61,420 bases of DNA from Candidatus Kaiserbacteria bacterium RIFCSPLOWO2_12_FULL_50_10 (GTDB lineage: Bacteria > Patescibacteriota > Minisyncoccia > Phycocordibacterales > UBA918). Location of the stretch: contig MFMN01000003.1 of assembly GCA_001783515.1 (NCBI GenBank), forward strand, positions 1 through 61,420, given 5' to 3'. Below are positions 54,629-61,420 of this stretch, one piece after another; position 1 is the stretch's first letter; each line of letters starts with the position of its first letter. The notes under the pieces are model-generated. The model was not told the DNA's origin, ran no database searches, and saw only the letters and a program-made list of their open reading frames with translations. Made by a program: the position numbers and the translations under genes.

Positions 54629-55498
54629 TTAGTTTCTGCGAAGTAGACCGCTGCCACTCACAATCTCCCCCATAAGCTCCATACGCATCAAAAGCGTATT
54701 CACCGCACCAACAGAGAGTTGGTGTTTTTCTTGTATCGCGCGAATAACAACATCAGATGCTTTTGGTTCGCGAAGGAGGTGGAGCACGAGCGCTTCTGGC
54801 GTTCCTTCAGGATAGCTAACGGTAGCTGTGGTTTCTTCAGTTCGCTCGGGAAGATGTAGTGCATGCACAATATCAAGCGCACTCGTTACAGGTGTTGCTC
54901 CTATCTTTAGGAATTGATGCACGCCTGCGCTATTTTCAGAGAATATATTTCCGGGCACCACAAGGAGGTCCTTATTGTATTCATGCGCAAGTCGTGCCGT
55001 GATAAGGCTTCCTGATTTTGCTTTTGCCTCAATCACAAGCACTGCATCAGCAATACCTGCAATGATGCGATTGCGCGCGGGGAACATCCATGGCATTGAT
55101 TTCTCCTCTGGCGCAAACTCACTCATTAACATTCCGTCTTCACGCAAAATGCGAACTGCAAGATGGCGGTTGCTTCGTGGATACAATACACTGTCCGCAA
55201 TACCACTCCCTGGAATCGCAATGGTGTGCAGCCCCGCATCAAGCGCTGCCTCATGTGCAAGACCATCAATCCCCAGTGCAAGTCCTGACACAATAGAAAT
55301 AGGGTAGCCTCGGAGTCCTTTGATAAGATGCTGCACACACTGCTTGCCATAGTTTGTATAGTCGCGACTTCCCACAACCGCAAGCATACGAGTACCCGGC
55401 AAAGGCAGCGTGCCGCGCATAAAAAAAGTAGCAGGCACGTCAGGAATCTCCCGTAGCGAAGGGAAGTGTGACGGCGCATACTCATGGATAGGATACAT
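54629..55498 (-). CDS. dprA: DNA-processing protein DprA (Smf)
   Basis: VVGSRDYTNYGK, SGLALGIDGLAHEAAL and FPARNRIIAGIADAVLVIEAKAKSGSLITA. The start is moved to M25 because TATAAT plus 6 nt precedes it. Confidence 0.85.
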   Translation of the reverse strand: MYPIHEYAPSHFPSLREIPDVPATFFMRGTLPLPGTRMLAVVGSRDYTNYGKQCVQHLIKGLRGYPISIVSGLALGIDGLAHEAALDAGLHTIAIPGSGIADSVLYPRSNRHLAVRILREDGMLMSEFAPEEKSMPWMFPARNRIIAGIADAVLVIEAKAKSGSLITARLAHEYNKDLLVVPGNIFSENSAGVHQFLKIGATPVTSALDIVHALHLPERTEETTATVSYPEGTPEALVLHLLREPKASDVVIRAIQEKHQLSVGAVNTLLMRMELMGEIVSGSGLLRRN

Positions 55499-55671
55499 GC
55501 TACGATTATAGTCACATCCACAAAAACGCATAGCCAAAACATATTTGACTTTATGCATAAAATGTGGCATTCTTCAAAATGATTCTGTACGTTCCCCAGA
55601 TCTTTGACAGCAAAAAGATTATACACATGAGTACATGTTCTGTTTTTTGATGCTTACGAAGGAGTATTGGC

Positions 55672-56289
55672 ATGAAGAAAATTTTGGCAGTCGGGGCTCA
55701 CCCCGACGATATTGAACTCGGATGTGGCGGCACAATTGCTCGCCATGTCGACAAGGGCGACGATGTGTACTGTGTCATCCTCACTCGAGGTGAGCACGGT
55801 GCAACTGACGTCAACCGTCACAAGGAAACACTGAGTGCACTGCGTGTGCTTGGGGTACCTGAGGATAATATTCTGGTGCACGATTTCCCGGATCGGGAAC
55901 TCTTCAAGCATTTGAATGGAATCATTACGGTTCTTGAAGACACCGCGCGACGGTATGCTCCACACCGTGTCTACACGATGTTCAAAGGCGACCGTCACCA
56001 GGACCATCGCACAACCTACGAAGCAAGCGCGGTTGCGTACCGAAAGGTGCCGCAAGTGCTTTGCTACGAAACACCGAGCGCATGGCCTGCATTTGACCCA
56101 CAGATCTTCATCAACATTGGTGAATTTTCGGGGAGAAAAATGGATGCTTTGCGCTGTCACGAATCACAAATGGATCGGGACTATATGAAGCCCGAAACAC
56201 TCGAAATCGCTGCGCGCTTCCATGCACAGCAGATCGGTCTTCGTGATATGTGTGAAGCATTTATGGTTCATAAGATGATTCTTGATTGA
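55672..56289 (+). CDS. PIG-L/LmbE-family deacetylase
   Basis: ILAVGAHPDDIELGCGGTIARH motif. A GAAGGAG site lies 7 nt upstream of the ATG. Confidence 0.8.
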   Translation: MKKILAVGAHPDDIELGCGGTIARHVDKGDDVYCVILTRGEHGATDVNRHKETLSALRVLGVPEDNILVHDFPDRELFKHLNGIITVLEDTARRYAPHRVYTMFKGDRHQDHRTTYEASAVAYRKVPQVLCYETPSAWPAFDPQIFINIGEFSGRKMDALRCHESQMDRDYMKPETLEIAARFHAQQIGLRDMCEAFMVHKMILD

Positions 56290-56319
56290 GCATTCAACCG
56301 ATACACAAAAGGAAACACT

Positions 56320-56940
56320 ATGTGGTGGAAAAATATGGAGCGTGAGCTCGCAACCATCGTAAACGTTATGACTCATATGCTGGGTACGTACGCAGACAGC
56401 AGCGCATCGATTGCGCCGACAGCAGTTCTCAAAGGAGATGTTACTGTTGGTGCAGGCACGAAGATTTGTCACGGTGCATTTTTGCAAGGACCTATCAGCA
56501 TTGGCAAGAATTGCCTCATTGGTAACAATGCCATGTTGCGTGGCCCGCTGAAGATTGGCGACAATGTTCGCATTGGTTTTGCGGCAGAGCTCAAAGGAGC
56601 GGTGCTGCGAGACAATTGTAGCATCGGCCCGCAGTGCTTCGTTGCAGATTCGCTGCTTGAAGAGAAGGTCTATCTCGGCGCGCAAGTACGCACGAGCAAT
56701 CACCGTCTCGACTACAGGACTATCCACAGCGCAGCTGCGGGTGGTCTTGTGGACACGGGGCGCGAAAAACTCGGTGCGTTCATTGGTGCAGATGCCCGGT
56801 TGGGCATTCAGTGCATCACGTTGCCGGGGCGCATTATTGCTCCTGACTCGGTCTTCGGACCGCGAATTACTGTCGAGAAAAATCTCCCGGCAGGAACCTA
56901 CATGTTGAAACAAGTGATCGTGAACACCTCGTGTTCGTAA
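56320..56940 (+). CDS. Left-handed beta-helix (hexapeptide-repeat) acyl/acetyltransferase
   Basis: Repeated [LIV]G..x.I hexapeptides (IGKNCLIGNNAMLRGPLKIGDNVRIGFAAELKGAVLRDNCSIG). An AAGGA site lies 6 nt upstream. Confidence 0.7.
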   Translation: MWWKNMERELATIVNVMTHMLGTYADSSASIAPTAVLKGDVTVGAGTKICHGAFLQGPISIGKNCLIGNNAMLRGPLKIGDNVRIGFAAELKGAVLRDNCSIGPQCFVADSLLEEKVYLGAQVRTSNHRLDYRTIHSAAAGGLVDTGREKLGAFIGADARLGIQCITLPGRIIAPDSVFGPRITVEKNLPAGTYMLKQVIVNTSCS

Positions 56941-56950
56941 AGGAGTTTGC

Positions 56951-57985
56951 ATGAAAACAACCTGCGTTATCGTTCCTGCAAAGGACGAAGCAGTTGTCAT
57001 CGAAGACACTCTCACTGCGCTCCTCGCTACAGGCATTGGCGCAGAGAACATCTACCTCGTTGACGACGGTTCGAAAGACAGCACGGGAGACATCGGACGA
57101 AAGCTCGGCGTCAACGTGTTGCGGAACGAAGTAAACATCGGCAAGGCGCACAGCATTGCGCGCGTTGTTGATGTCTTCGAGCTGGATACCAAGTACGAAT
57201 TCATCGGCTTGATGGATGCGGACACCTGTGTTCGGCCCGATTACTTTGAAGCAATGCATGACGGATTCACGAGCCATGATGTGGTGGTGGTGTGCGGGCG
57301 ACCTATCGCTCCGAACTACAACTACATGACGAGCTATCGCGAATTCGTGCATGCCGTGGCGCACTTCATCTACAAGAAAGGGCAGGACAACATGGGGGTG
57401 ATTTCGGTCGCTCCTGGTTGCGCAACCATCTATCGAAGCACTGTCTGGAGAAGTCTTGAATGGAGCAAAGATACGTTGGTTGAAGACGTTGATGTGACCC
57501 TTCAAATCCACAAAAAACGTCTCGGCAAAATCCGCTACTGCCCGAAGGCTTTGGTCTACACCCAGTCACCACGCACGCCGCGCGATTACCTCAAACAACT
57601 CGTTCGTTGGAACACGGGGAATTGGCAGGCGTATCGCAAGCACAAGCTGTACGCGTTCCGTCAAGCGATTGACTTTGAGTGCACGCTGCTTTACGGTGAA
57701 AGTTTCATCTTTTACCTGACCATGTTTTTGGCGCCGGTGTACGGGCTCTATGCTCAAGACTACAAGCTCATGCTTCTGCCGTTTGCACACATGATTCTCA
57801 CGACCGTGTTTGCAGTCATTATCGCAGTTGTCGATAAGCGTCCTGATATTCTCTATCACTCATGGAGGTTTATAGCGTTCCGATACATTGATGCCTATGC
57901 ATTTTTGAAAGGCTTCTGGGTAGCAATCGTCATTCGTAAGGCCGGCGGCAAATGGTTTACGCCAGCACGGTATTCTGGAAAATAA
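56951..57985 (+). CDS. Processive family-2 glycosyltransferase (PgaC/IcaA/NodC/chitin-synthase-like) with C-terminal TM helices
   Basis: Motifs DDGSKDST, MDADT, VEDVDVT and QLVRW (QxxRW), plus 3-4 C-terminal TM helices. An AAGGAG site lies 5 nt upstream. Confidence 0.8.
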   Translation: MKTTCVIVPAKDEAVVIEDTLTALLATGIGAENIYLVDDGSKDSTGDIGRKLGVNVLRNEVNIGKAHSIARVVDVFELDTKYEFIGLMDADTCVRPDYFEAMHDGFTSHDVVVVCGRPIAPNYNYMTSYREFVHAVAHFIYKKGQDNMGVISVAPGCATIYRSTVWRSLEWSKDTLVEDVDVTLQIHKKRLGKIRYCPKALVYTQSPRTPRDYLKQLVRWNTGNWQAYRKHKLYAFRQAIDFECTLLYGESFIFYLTMFLAPVYGLYAQDYKLMLLPFAHMILTTVFAVIIAVVDKRPDILYHSWRFIAFRYIDAYAFLKGFWVAIVIRKAGGKWFTPARYSGK

Positions 57986-58003
57986 CCTTTAGAAAGGATT
58001 GAC

Positions 58004-58756
58004 ATGAAAACCATCCGCTATCGCATCGTCGTTCTGTGCTTGTGCTTTTTCGGGAATGCGTTCGCGCTACCTGATGACTTCCACAAGTACTCTCGAATGG
58101 TGAGCTTCACCTTCGACGATGCGTACAAGTCGGTCGCGACGCATGCCTACCCGCTTTTTCGGAAGCACGGCATACATGCGACCGTCTATCTCGCAACGGC
58201 AACGATGAGTAATCCCGAGCTTTTCCCAGGCTACTTTAGCTGGGATGATGCAAAGGAGGTTGATGTGCATGGCTGGGAAATCGGCGCGCATACGCATATG
58301 CATGTGAATCTTGCAAAATCACCCGAAGAGGCTGCTGCGCAGGAAATCAGTGCGTCGATGCAGTTGTTTCGCGAGCGTGGATTTCGCCCCACTTCGTTTG
58401 CTGCGCCGTATGGCGCAATGCATGAAAAAAGCATGCGTCTCATAAAGCAGAACTATGCATCGCAACGTGATGCATGGGGAGGTGACGGAGTGAATCCGCT
58501 CCCCGTGCAGGACCCTTATCGCATTGTCTCATTGCCACTCAAGGCGACGATGACCATGGCAGATATCCGGGCTGTGCTTGATCGTCTTGAAAAAGACGGC
58601 GGTTGGCTCGTGCTGCAATTCCACGACGTGGGATCGGTAAATACGGGACCATGGTCAACGACGCTCCTTCCGGAGATTGTTGCCGAGGTGCGTCGTCGCA
58701 AGCTTCCTGTTGCGACAGTTTCCGAGGTTCTCAAACATCATTCTTCCACTCACTAA
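58004..58756 (+). CDS. Polysaccharide deacetylase (NodB homology / CE4 domain), secreted
   Basis: Signal peptide, then VSFTFDDAY, HTHMH and other NodB motifs. An AAGGA site lies 5 nt upstream. Confidence 0.8.
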   Translation: MKTIRYRIVVLCLCFFGNAFALPDDFHKYSRMVSFTFDDAYKSVATHAYPLFRKHGIHATVYLATATMSNPELFPGYFSWDDAKEVDVHGWEIGAHTHMHVNLAKSPEEAAAQEISASMQLFRERGFRPTSFAAPYGAMHEKSMRLIKQNYASQRDAWGGDGVNPLPVQDPYRIVSLPLKATMTMADIRAVLDRLEKDGGWLVLQFHDVGSVNTGPWSTTLLPEIVAEVRRRKLPVATVSEVLKHHSSTH

Positions 58757-58769
58757 CCAAGGAGTTTCC

Positions 58770-59519
58770 ATGAAAAAGATTCTGATTGCTACCGCAGCTG
58801 TCACTGCACTCAGTGCAGCGTACGCTGAAGAAACGAACAAGTACCCTGGCTCGTCCTGGGGCTCCATCGGCAACACGTCACCCTCGGAAGAGGGGAACGT
58901 GCTCGCGACGGTTCATGTCGAACAAGGCGTGGTGCTCAAAAAAAGCAACACGCTGACGATGGTTCCGTTTGTCTCCGCAACGGTGTCGAAAGACAGCGAC
59001 GGGCATGACTGGAACAACAAGGCGATTCTCCGTGCGGGCATCAAGCTCGAACGTGCGCTCTTGGGTGGTTCGATTGCGCTACGCCTCGGCGTTGCGCATG
59101 AAAATCGCTTCTCGTCGCACGAAACAGCGTCATCGCCCTACATCTCAGTTGGCCATTGGTTCGGCTGGGGTCATGGCACGCGCTCCCCGGGTTCGACCTG
59201 GGGGCAGCTCGGCTATGGCACGTCGCCAGGGGAGAAGAACAACACCGCTCTCATGGTGCATGCCGAGCAGGGCATCTACGCAACGAAGGTTGGTTCCGGG
59301 AAACTGGTGCCGTTCGTTGATGCGACGATTGCCCGCGACAGCGAAGGCTACGACTGGAACAACAAGAACCAGCTCGGCGCCGGCGTGAAGTACGCGCTGC
59401 CTGTGGCAAAGAACGGCACGCTGAATGTGGGTGTCAAGTACACCCACGAGACCAAGACCAGCTCTGACGTTTCGGCGTCGAATGTGGGCATTTTCGCAAA
59501 CTACTGGCTCGGCTGGTAA
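58770..59519 (+). CDS. Secreted protein with outer-membrane beta-barrel-like features and internal 2x ~95-aa duplication
   Basis: Signal peptide MKKILIATAAVTALSAAYA, alternating amphipathic beta-strand patterns, and C-terminal ..FANYWLGW. An AAGGAG site lies 5 nt upstream. The fold call is inference. Confidence 0.45.
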   Translation: MKKILIATAAVTALSAAYAEETNKYPGSSWGSIGNTSPSEEGNVLATVHVEQGVVLKKSNTLTMVPFVSATVSKDSDGHDWNNKAILRAGIKLERALLGGSIALRLGVAHENRFSSHETASSPYISVGHWFGWGHGTRSPGSTWGQLGYGTSPGEKNNTALMVHAEQGIYATKVGSGKLVPFVDATIARDSEGYDWNNKNQLGAGVKYALPVAKNGTLNVGVKYTHETKTSSDVSASNVGIFANYWLGW

Positions 59520-59548
59520 TCCCTCAATTTTCTTAAGGAGTATTCATC

Positions 59549-60319
59549 ATGAGTATTGGAACACCAGTTGGCGGCTGCTCAGGACTTCTGCATGTGGTTG
59601 CCTCGTATCCGAAAGTTGCGGCGTGCGCTGCGATTCTCGGTCTCGGCGTTGGTGTGAACGTGCTGACGCCTGATCAAGAGGCTAAGTGCGACAAAGCGAT
59701 TGCGCAGTGCCAAGGCACGGCGCAGCCTCCCGTCACACCTCCGCCTGCTGCAAAACCGCAAAGCACGCCGCCTCCGGAGGCTGTTGCAATGCCTGTACCG
59801 TCACCGCCACTGCCACAAGCAGTGGTACTCGACATGTGCGCAGGTGCGCCCATTATTACCGACGCTGACCTCTTCAAGGTCGTGGGGCCGGTACATGTCT
59901 GGCGGCGCGCGGCTGTCGATCCTGTCCGTGGCAAACCCACGGAGCCGTTTCTGCGTATCCTCGGCTATGCCGCGGAAGAACGCACGGTCTTTCTGAAGAA
60001 GATTGCCGACCGCGACTATTCGCGGACGCTCTTGAAAAAGGGAAGTTCCGTCGGACGTTCAACGTCGGGGAATGGCACCTACCATGATGCGGTCGTTGTC
60101 GGTTGGAACCCTGTGGAAAACACGGGCACCAATTACAAGAACGACGCACGCATGAACGTCTACACGTACACGCACAAAGCCATTTACAACGGCGACTGTG
60201 TTGAACGTACGGTGACACTCCTCGAACCACTCGTGTGCCAGAACTGGTCGCGGGTGAGCGATGTGCTTCGCATCGTGCAGTCCGCAGCAGACCGCCAGAA
60301 GGCGCCTGCTAAGAAATGA
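59549..60319 (+). CDS. Membrane-anchored hypothetical protein with Pro-rich linker
   Basis: 256 aa with an N-terminal hydrophobic segment, a PPVTPPPAAKPQSTPPPEAVAMPVPSPPLP linker and a globular C-domain. An AAGGAG site lies 8 nt upstream. Confidence 0.5.
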   Translation: MSIGTPVGGCSGLLHVVASYPKVAACAAILGLGVGVNVLTPDQEAKCDKAIAQCQGTAQPPVTPPPAAKPQSTPPPEAVAMPVPSPPLPQAVVLDMCAGAPIITDADLFKVVGPVHVWRRAAVDPVRGKPTEPFLRILGYAAEERTVFLKKIADRDYSRTLLKKGSSVGRSTSGNGTYHDAVVVGWNPVENTGTNYKNDARMNVYTYTHKAIYNGDCVERTVTLLEPLVCQNWSRVSDVLRIVQSAADRQKAPAKK

Positions 60320-60343
60320 TCTTTTTGTTTTGCCGAAAGGCAG

Positions 60344-60372
60344 GCCGCTTCCCAGGGAGGCGGCTTTTTTTT
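60344..60372 (+). terminator. Strong intrinsic terminator ending the polysaccharide operon
   Basis: GCCGCTTCCC-A-GGGAGGCGGC followed by T8. Confidence 0.8.
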
Positions 60373-60407
60373 GTCTCAGTTTTCAGGAGTCGTAGTATAC
60401 TGCATGG

Positions 60408-60908
60408 ATGGAGCGCGGGATGTCACTTATTGAACTTCTGGTATATATCGCAATTGTCTCGATTGTGGTTGTGGTGCTTTCAGCGACCTACATTTCCTTT
60501 TTGAATGCGCGCGCAAAGACAGAAGCGGTTGCTATTACCGACACCGCACTTCGCTACGTTGCCGAAACCCTTACCCGCGATGTCGAGCGTGCAACAAGTA
60601 TTGTTACACCGGCGTCGGGAGTTGTGGGAACCTCAACGCTCCTGATGCATGGCTCAAGCACGATTGCCTATGCGCTTCTTGATGGTGCACTCACACGCAC
60701 GGTGGATGGTGTTGCTGAAACACTCACAAGCGACCGAGTCGTGGTCACGCAGTTTGCACTCACGCATACCGAGAATACTCAGGAGGTGACGGGCAGCACG
60801 TTTGACGGACTCAGGTGGCAGCTGCAGGCGGAACATGCCTATGGTGCAAACGAGTACCGTTACGATGCTGCGCGACACGGCGCGGCATCACGAAGAAGTT
60901 TTGAATAA
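60408..60908 (+). CDS. Type IV pilin/pseudopilin-like protein (prepilin N-terminal methylation motif)
   Basis: MERGMSLIELLVYIAIVSIVVVVL contains a G/MSLIEL cleavage-type motif. TATACT plus 6 nt precedes the ATG. Confidence 0.7.
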   Translation: MERGMSLIELLVYIAIVSIVVVVLSATYISFLNARAKTEAVAITDTALRYVAETLTRDVERATSIVTPASGVVGTSTLLMHGSSTIAYALLDGALTRTVDGVAETLTSDRVVVTQFALTHTENTQEVTGSTFDGLRWQLQAEHAYGANEYRYDAARHGAASRRSFE

Positions 60909-60910
60909 GT

Positions 60911-61384
60911 ATGGAGCATAAGAAGACACAACGGAATGATTCCCGAGGCGTAGCACTGCTGCCGCTTGTTTTTGTATTTGCGGGGCTTGTGGTGACGGTT
61001 GCCCTTGCGTTTTCAGCAATTTCTATCGCACAAAGCATTGCCGTTGAGAGTGAGTTTGGTGCGGCGCGCGCTTTACATTACGCGGAGGCAGGGCAGAATG
61101 ATGCGCTTATGCGACTTTCGCGTGATAAAAACTATCGCACTACCGTCGAATACGCTATCCCCTTCGGCACAGATGGCTGCACGCAAAGCATTGCCTGTGT
61201 GTTTGTTACTATCGACGAGACCGCATCAGGAACACCCCGCGTAAGCGCCCGAGGCGTTGCCAATACCAACGTACGCGTACTCGAGCGCCTCGTGCACTTT
61301 GACGAAGCAGGGCAGGGCGCCCACACACAAACAACCTGGTGCGAAGAAGGAAGTTCCGTGGCAGGAGCATGTCCCCAGGACTGA
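60911..61384 (+). CDS. PilX/GspK-N-like minor pilin candidate
   Basis: SRGVALLPLVFVFAGLVVTVALAF is a hydrophobic N-terminus of the PilX_N type. It starts 3 nt after the previous stop. Confidence 0.45.
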   Translation: MEHKKTQRNDSRGVALLPLVFVFAGLVVTVALAFSAISIAQSIAVESEFGAARALHYAEAGQNDALMRLSRDKNYRTTVEYAIPFGTDGCTQSIACVFVTIDETASGTPRVSARGVANTNVRVLERLVHFDEAGQGAHTQTTWCEEGSSVAGACPQD

Positions 61385-61420
61385 AACTCCCCGCACGGAG
61401 TGTTACGGGGATCCCCCCCC

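Noticed and set aside
54487-54675. 62-aa ORF inside family-1 repeat copy F, and a recurring GEFA(L/S/P)(A/V)S(E/Q)IF peptide readable in several copies
   Set aside because: The apparent peptide conservation simply follows nucleotide conservation of the repeat. Start codons are absent or inconsistent (ATG, GTT, ACG and ATC at the same position). The frame relative to the upstream stop differs between copies, and the stops differ.
56164-57511. Two long minus-strand ORFs (295 aa and 214 aa) across the acyltransferase and GT2 genes
   Set aside because: They are antisense to genes with clear hexapeptide and GT2 motifs and SD-led starts. Neither has a recognisable domain. They are likely artefacts of GC-rich codon structure.
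61405-61420. Terminal GGGGATCCCCCCCC homopolymer run
   Set aside because: It sits at the very end of the window after the last stop codon. It is most likely a contig-end, adapter or assembly artefact rather than biology.

Overview
This 61.4-kb segment reads with the standard genetic code: TGA acts as a stop and ORFs up to about 1,690 aa are uninterrupted. I support about 62 CDSs and 4 tRNA genes (Val-GAC, Ala-TGC, Met-CAT, Phe-GAA). There are no rRNA genes, CRISPR arrays, transposases or integrases.

Housekeeping content:
- a complete F1Fo ATP synthase operon (a-c-b-delta-alpha-gamma-beta-epsilon)
- a rearranged ribosomal-protein block (L3-L4-L23-L2-L31), plus L27
- priA, mgtE, a peroxiredoxin, miaA, obg, gatB, lepB, mreB, murB, dnaX, ruvB, a YebC-type regulator and dprA

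Between these lie many membrane-anchored or secreted hypothetical proteins, including an RCC1-repeat protein and a giant LamG/IPT adhesin-like protein. There is also a T4SS-coupling-type ATPase, two pilin-like genes, and a six-gene exopolysaccharide-type operon.

Several proteins are shorter than usual (ATP synthase delta and epsilon, DnaX, YebC). Together with the gene content this suggests a small-genome uncultivated bacterium, possibly CPR/Patescibacteria-like. That is inference only.

The most unusual signals are non-coding:
1. A two-copy structured element lies convergent with tRNA genes. Its core is conserved, one hairpin stem covaries around a conserved loop, and its terminal helix copies the neighbouring tRNA 3' end.
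2. All four tRNA genes have partial self-copies nearby. Two degenerate tRNA-Phe copies are split at the same D-loop position by inserts of about 100 nt.
3. A ~118-nt palindromic repeat family has 6 full and 2 partial copies. Every full copy starts 0-3 nt after a stop codon and has the same orientation.
4. A second palindromic, MITE-like family is present.
5. At least 22 genes carry an extended -10 box (TGGTATACT-like) 5-10 nt upstream of the ATG, implying leaderless mRNAs. The polysaccharide operon instead uses AAGGAG Shine-Dalgarno sites at all six genes.

All family assignments come from reading the translations. No database search, GC calculation or folding program was run.
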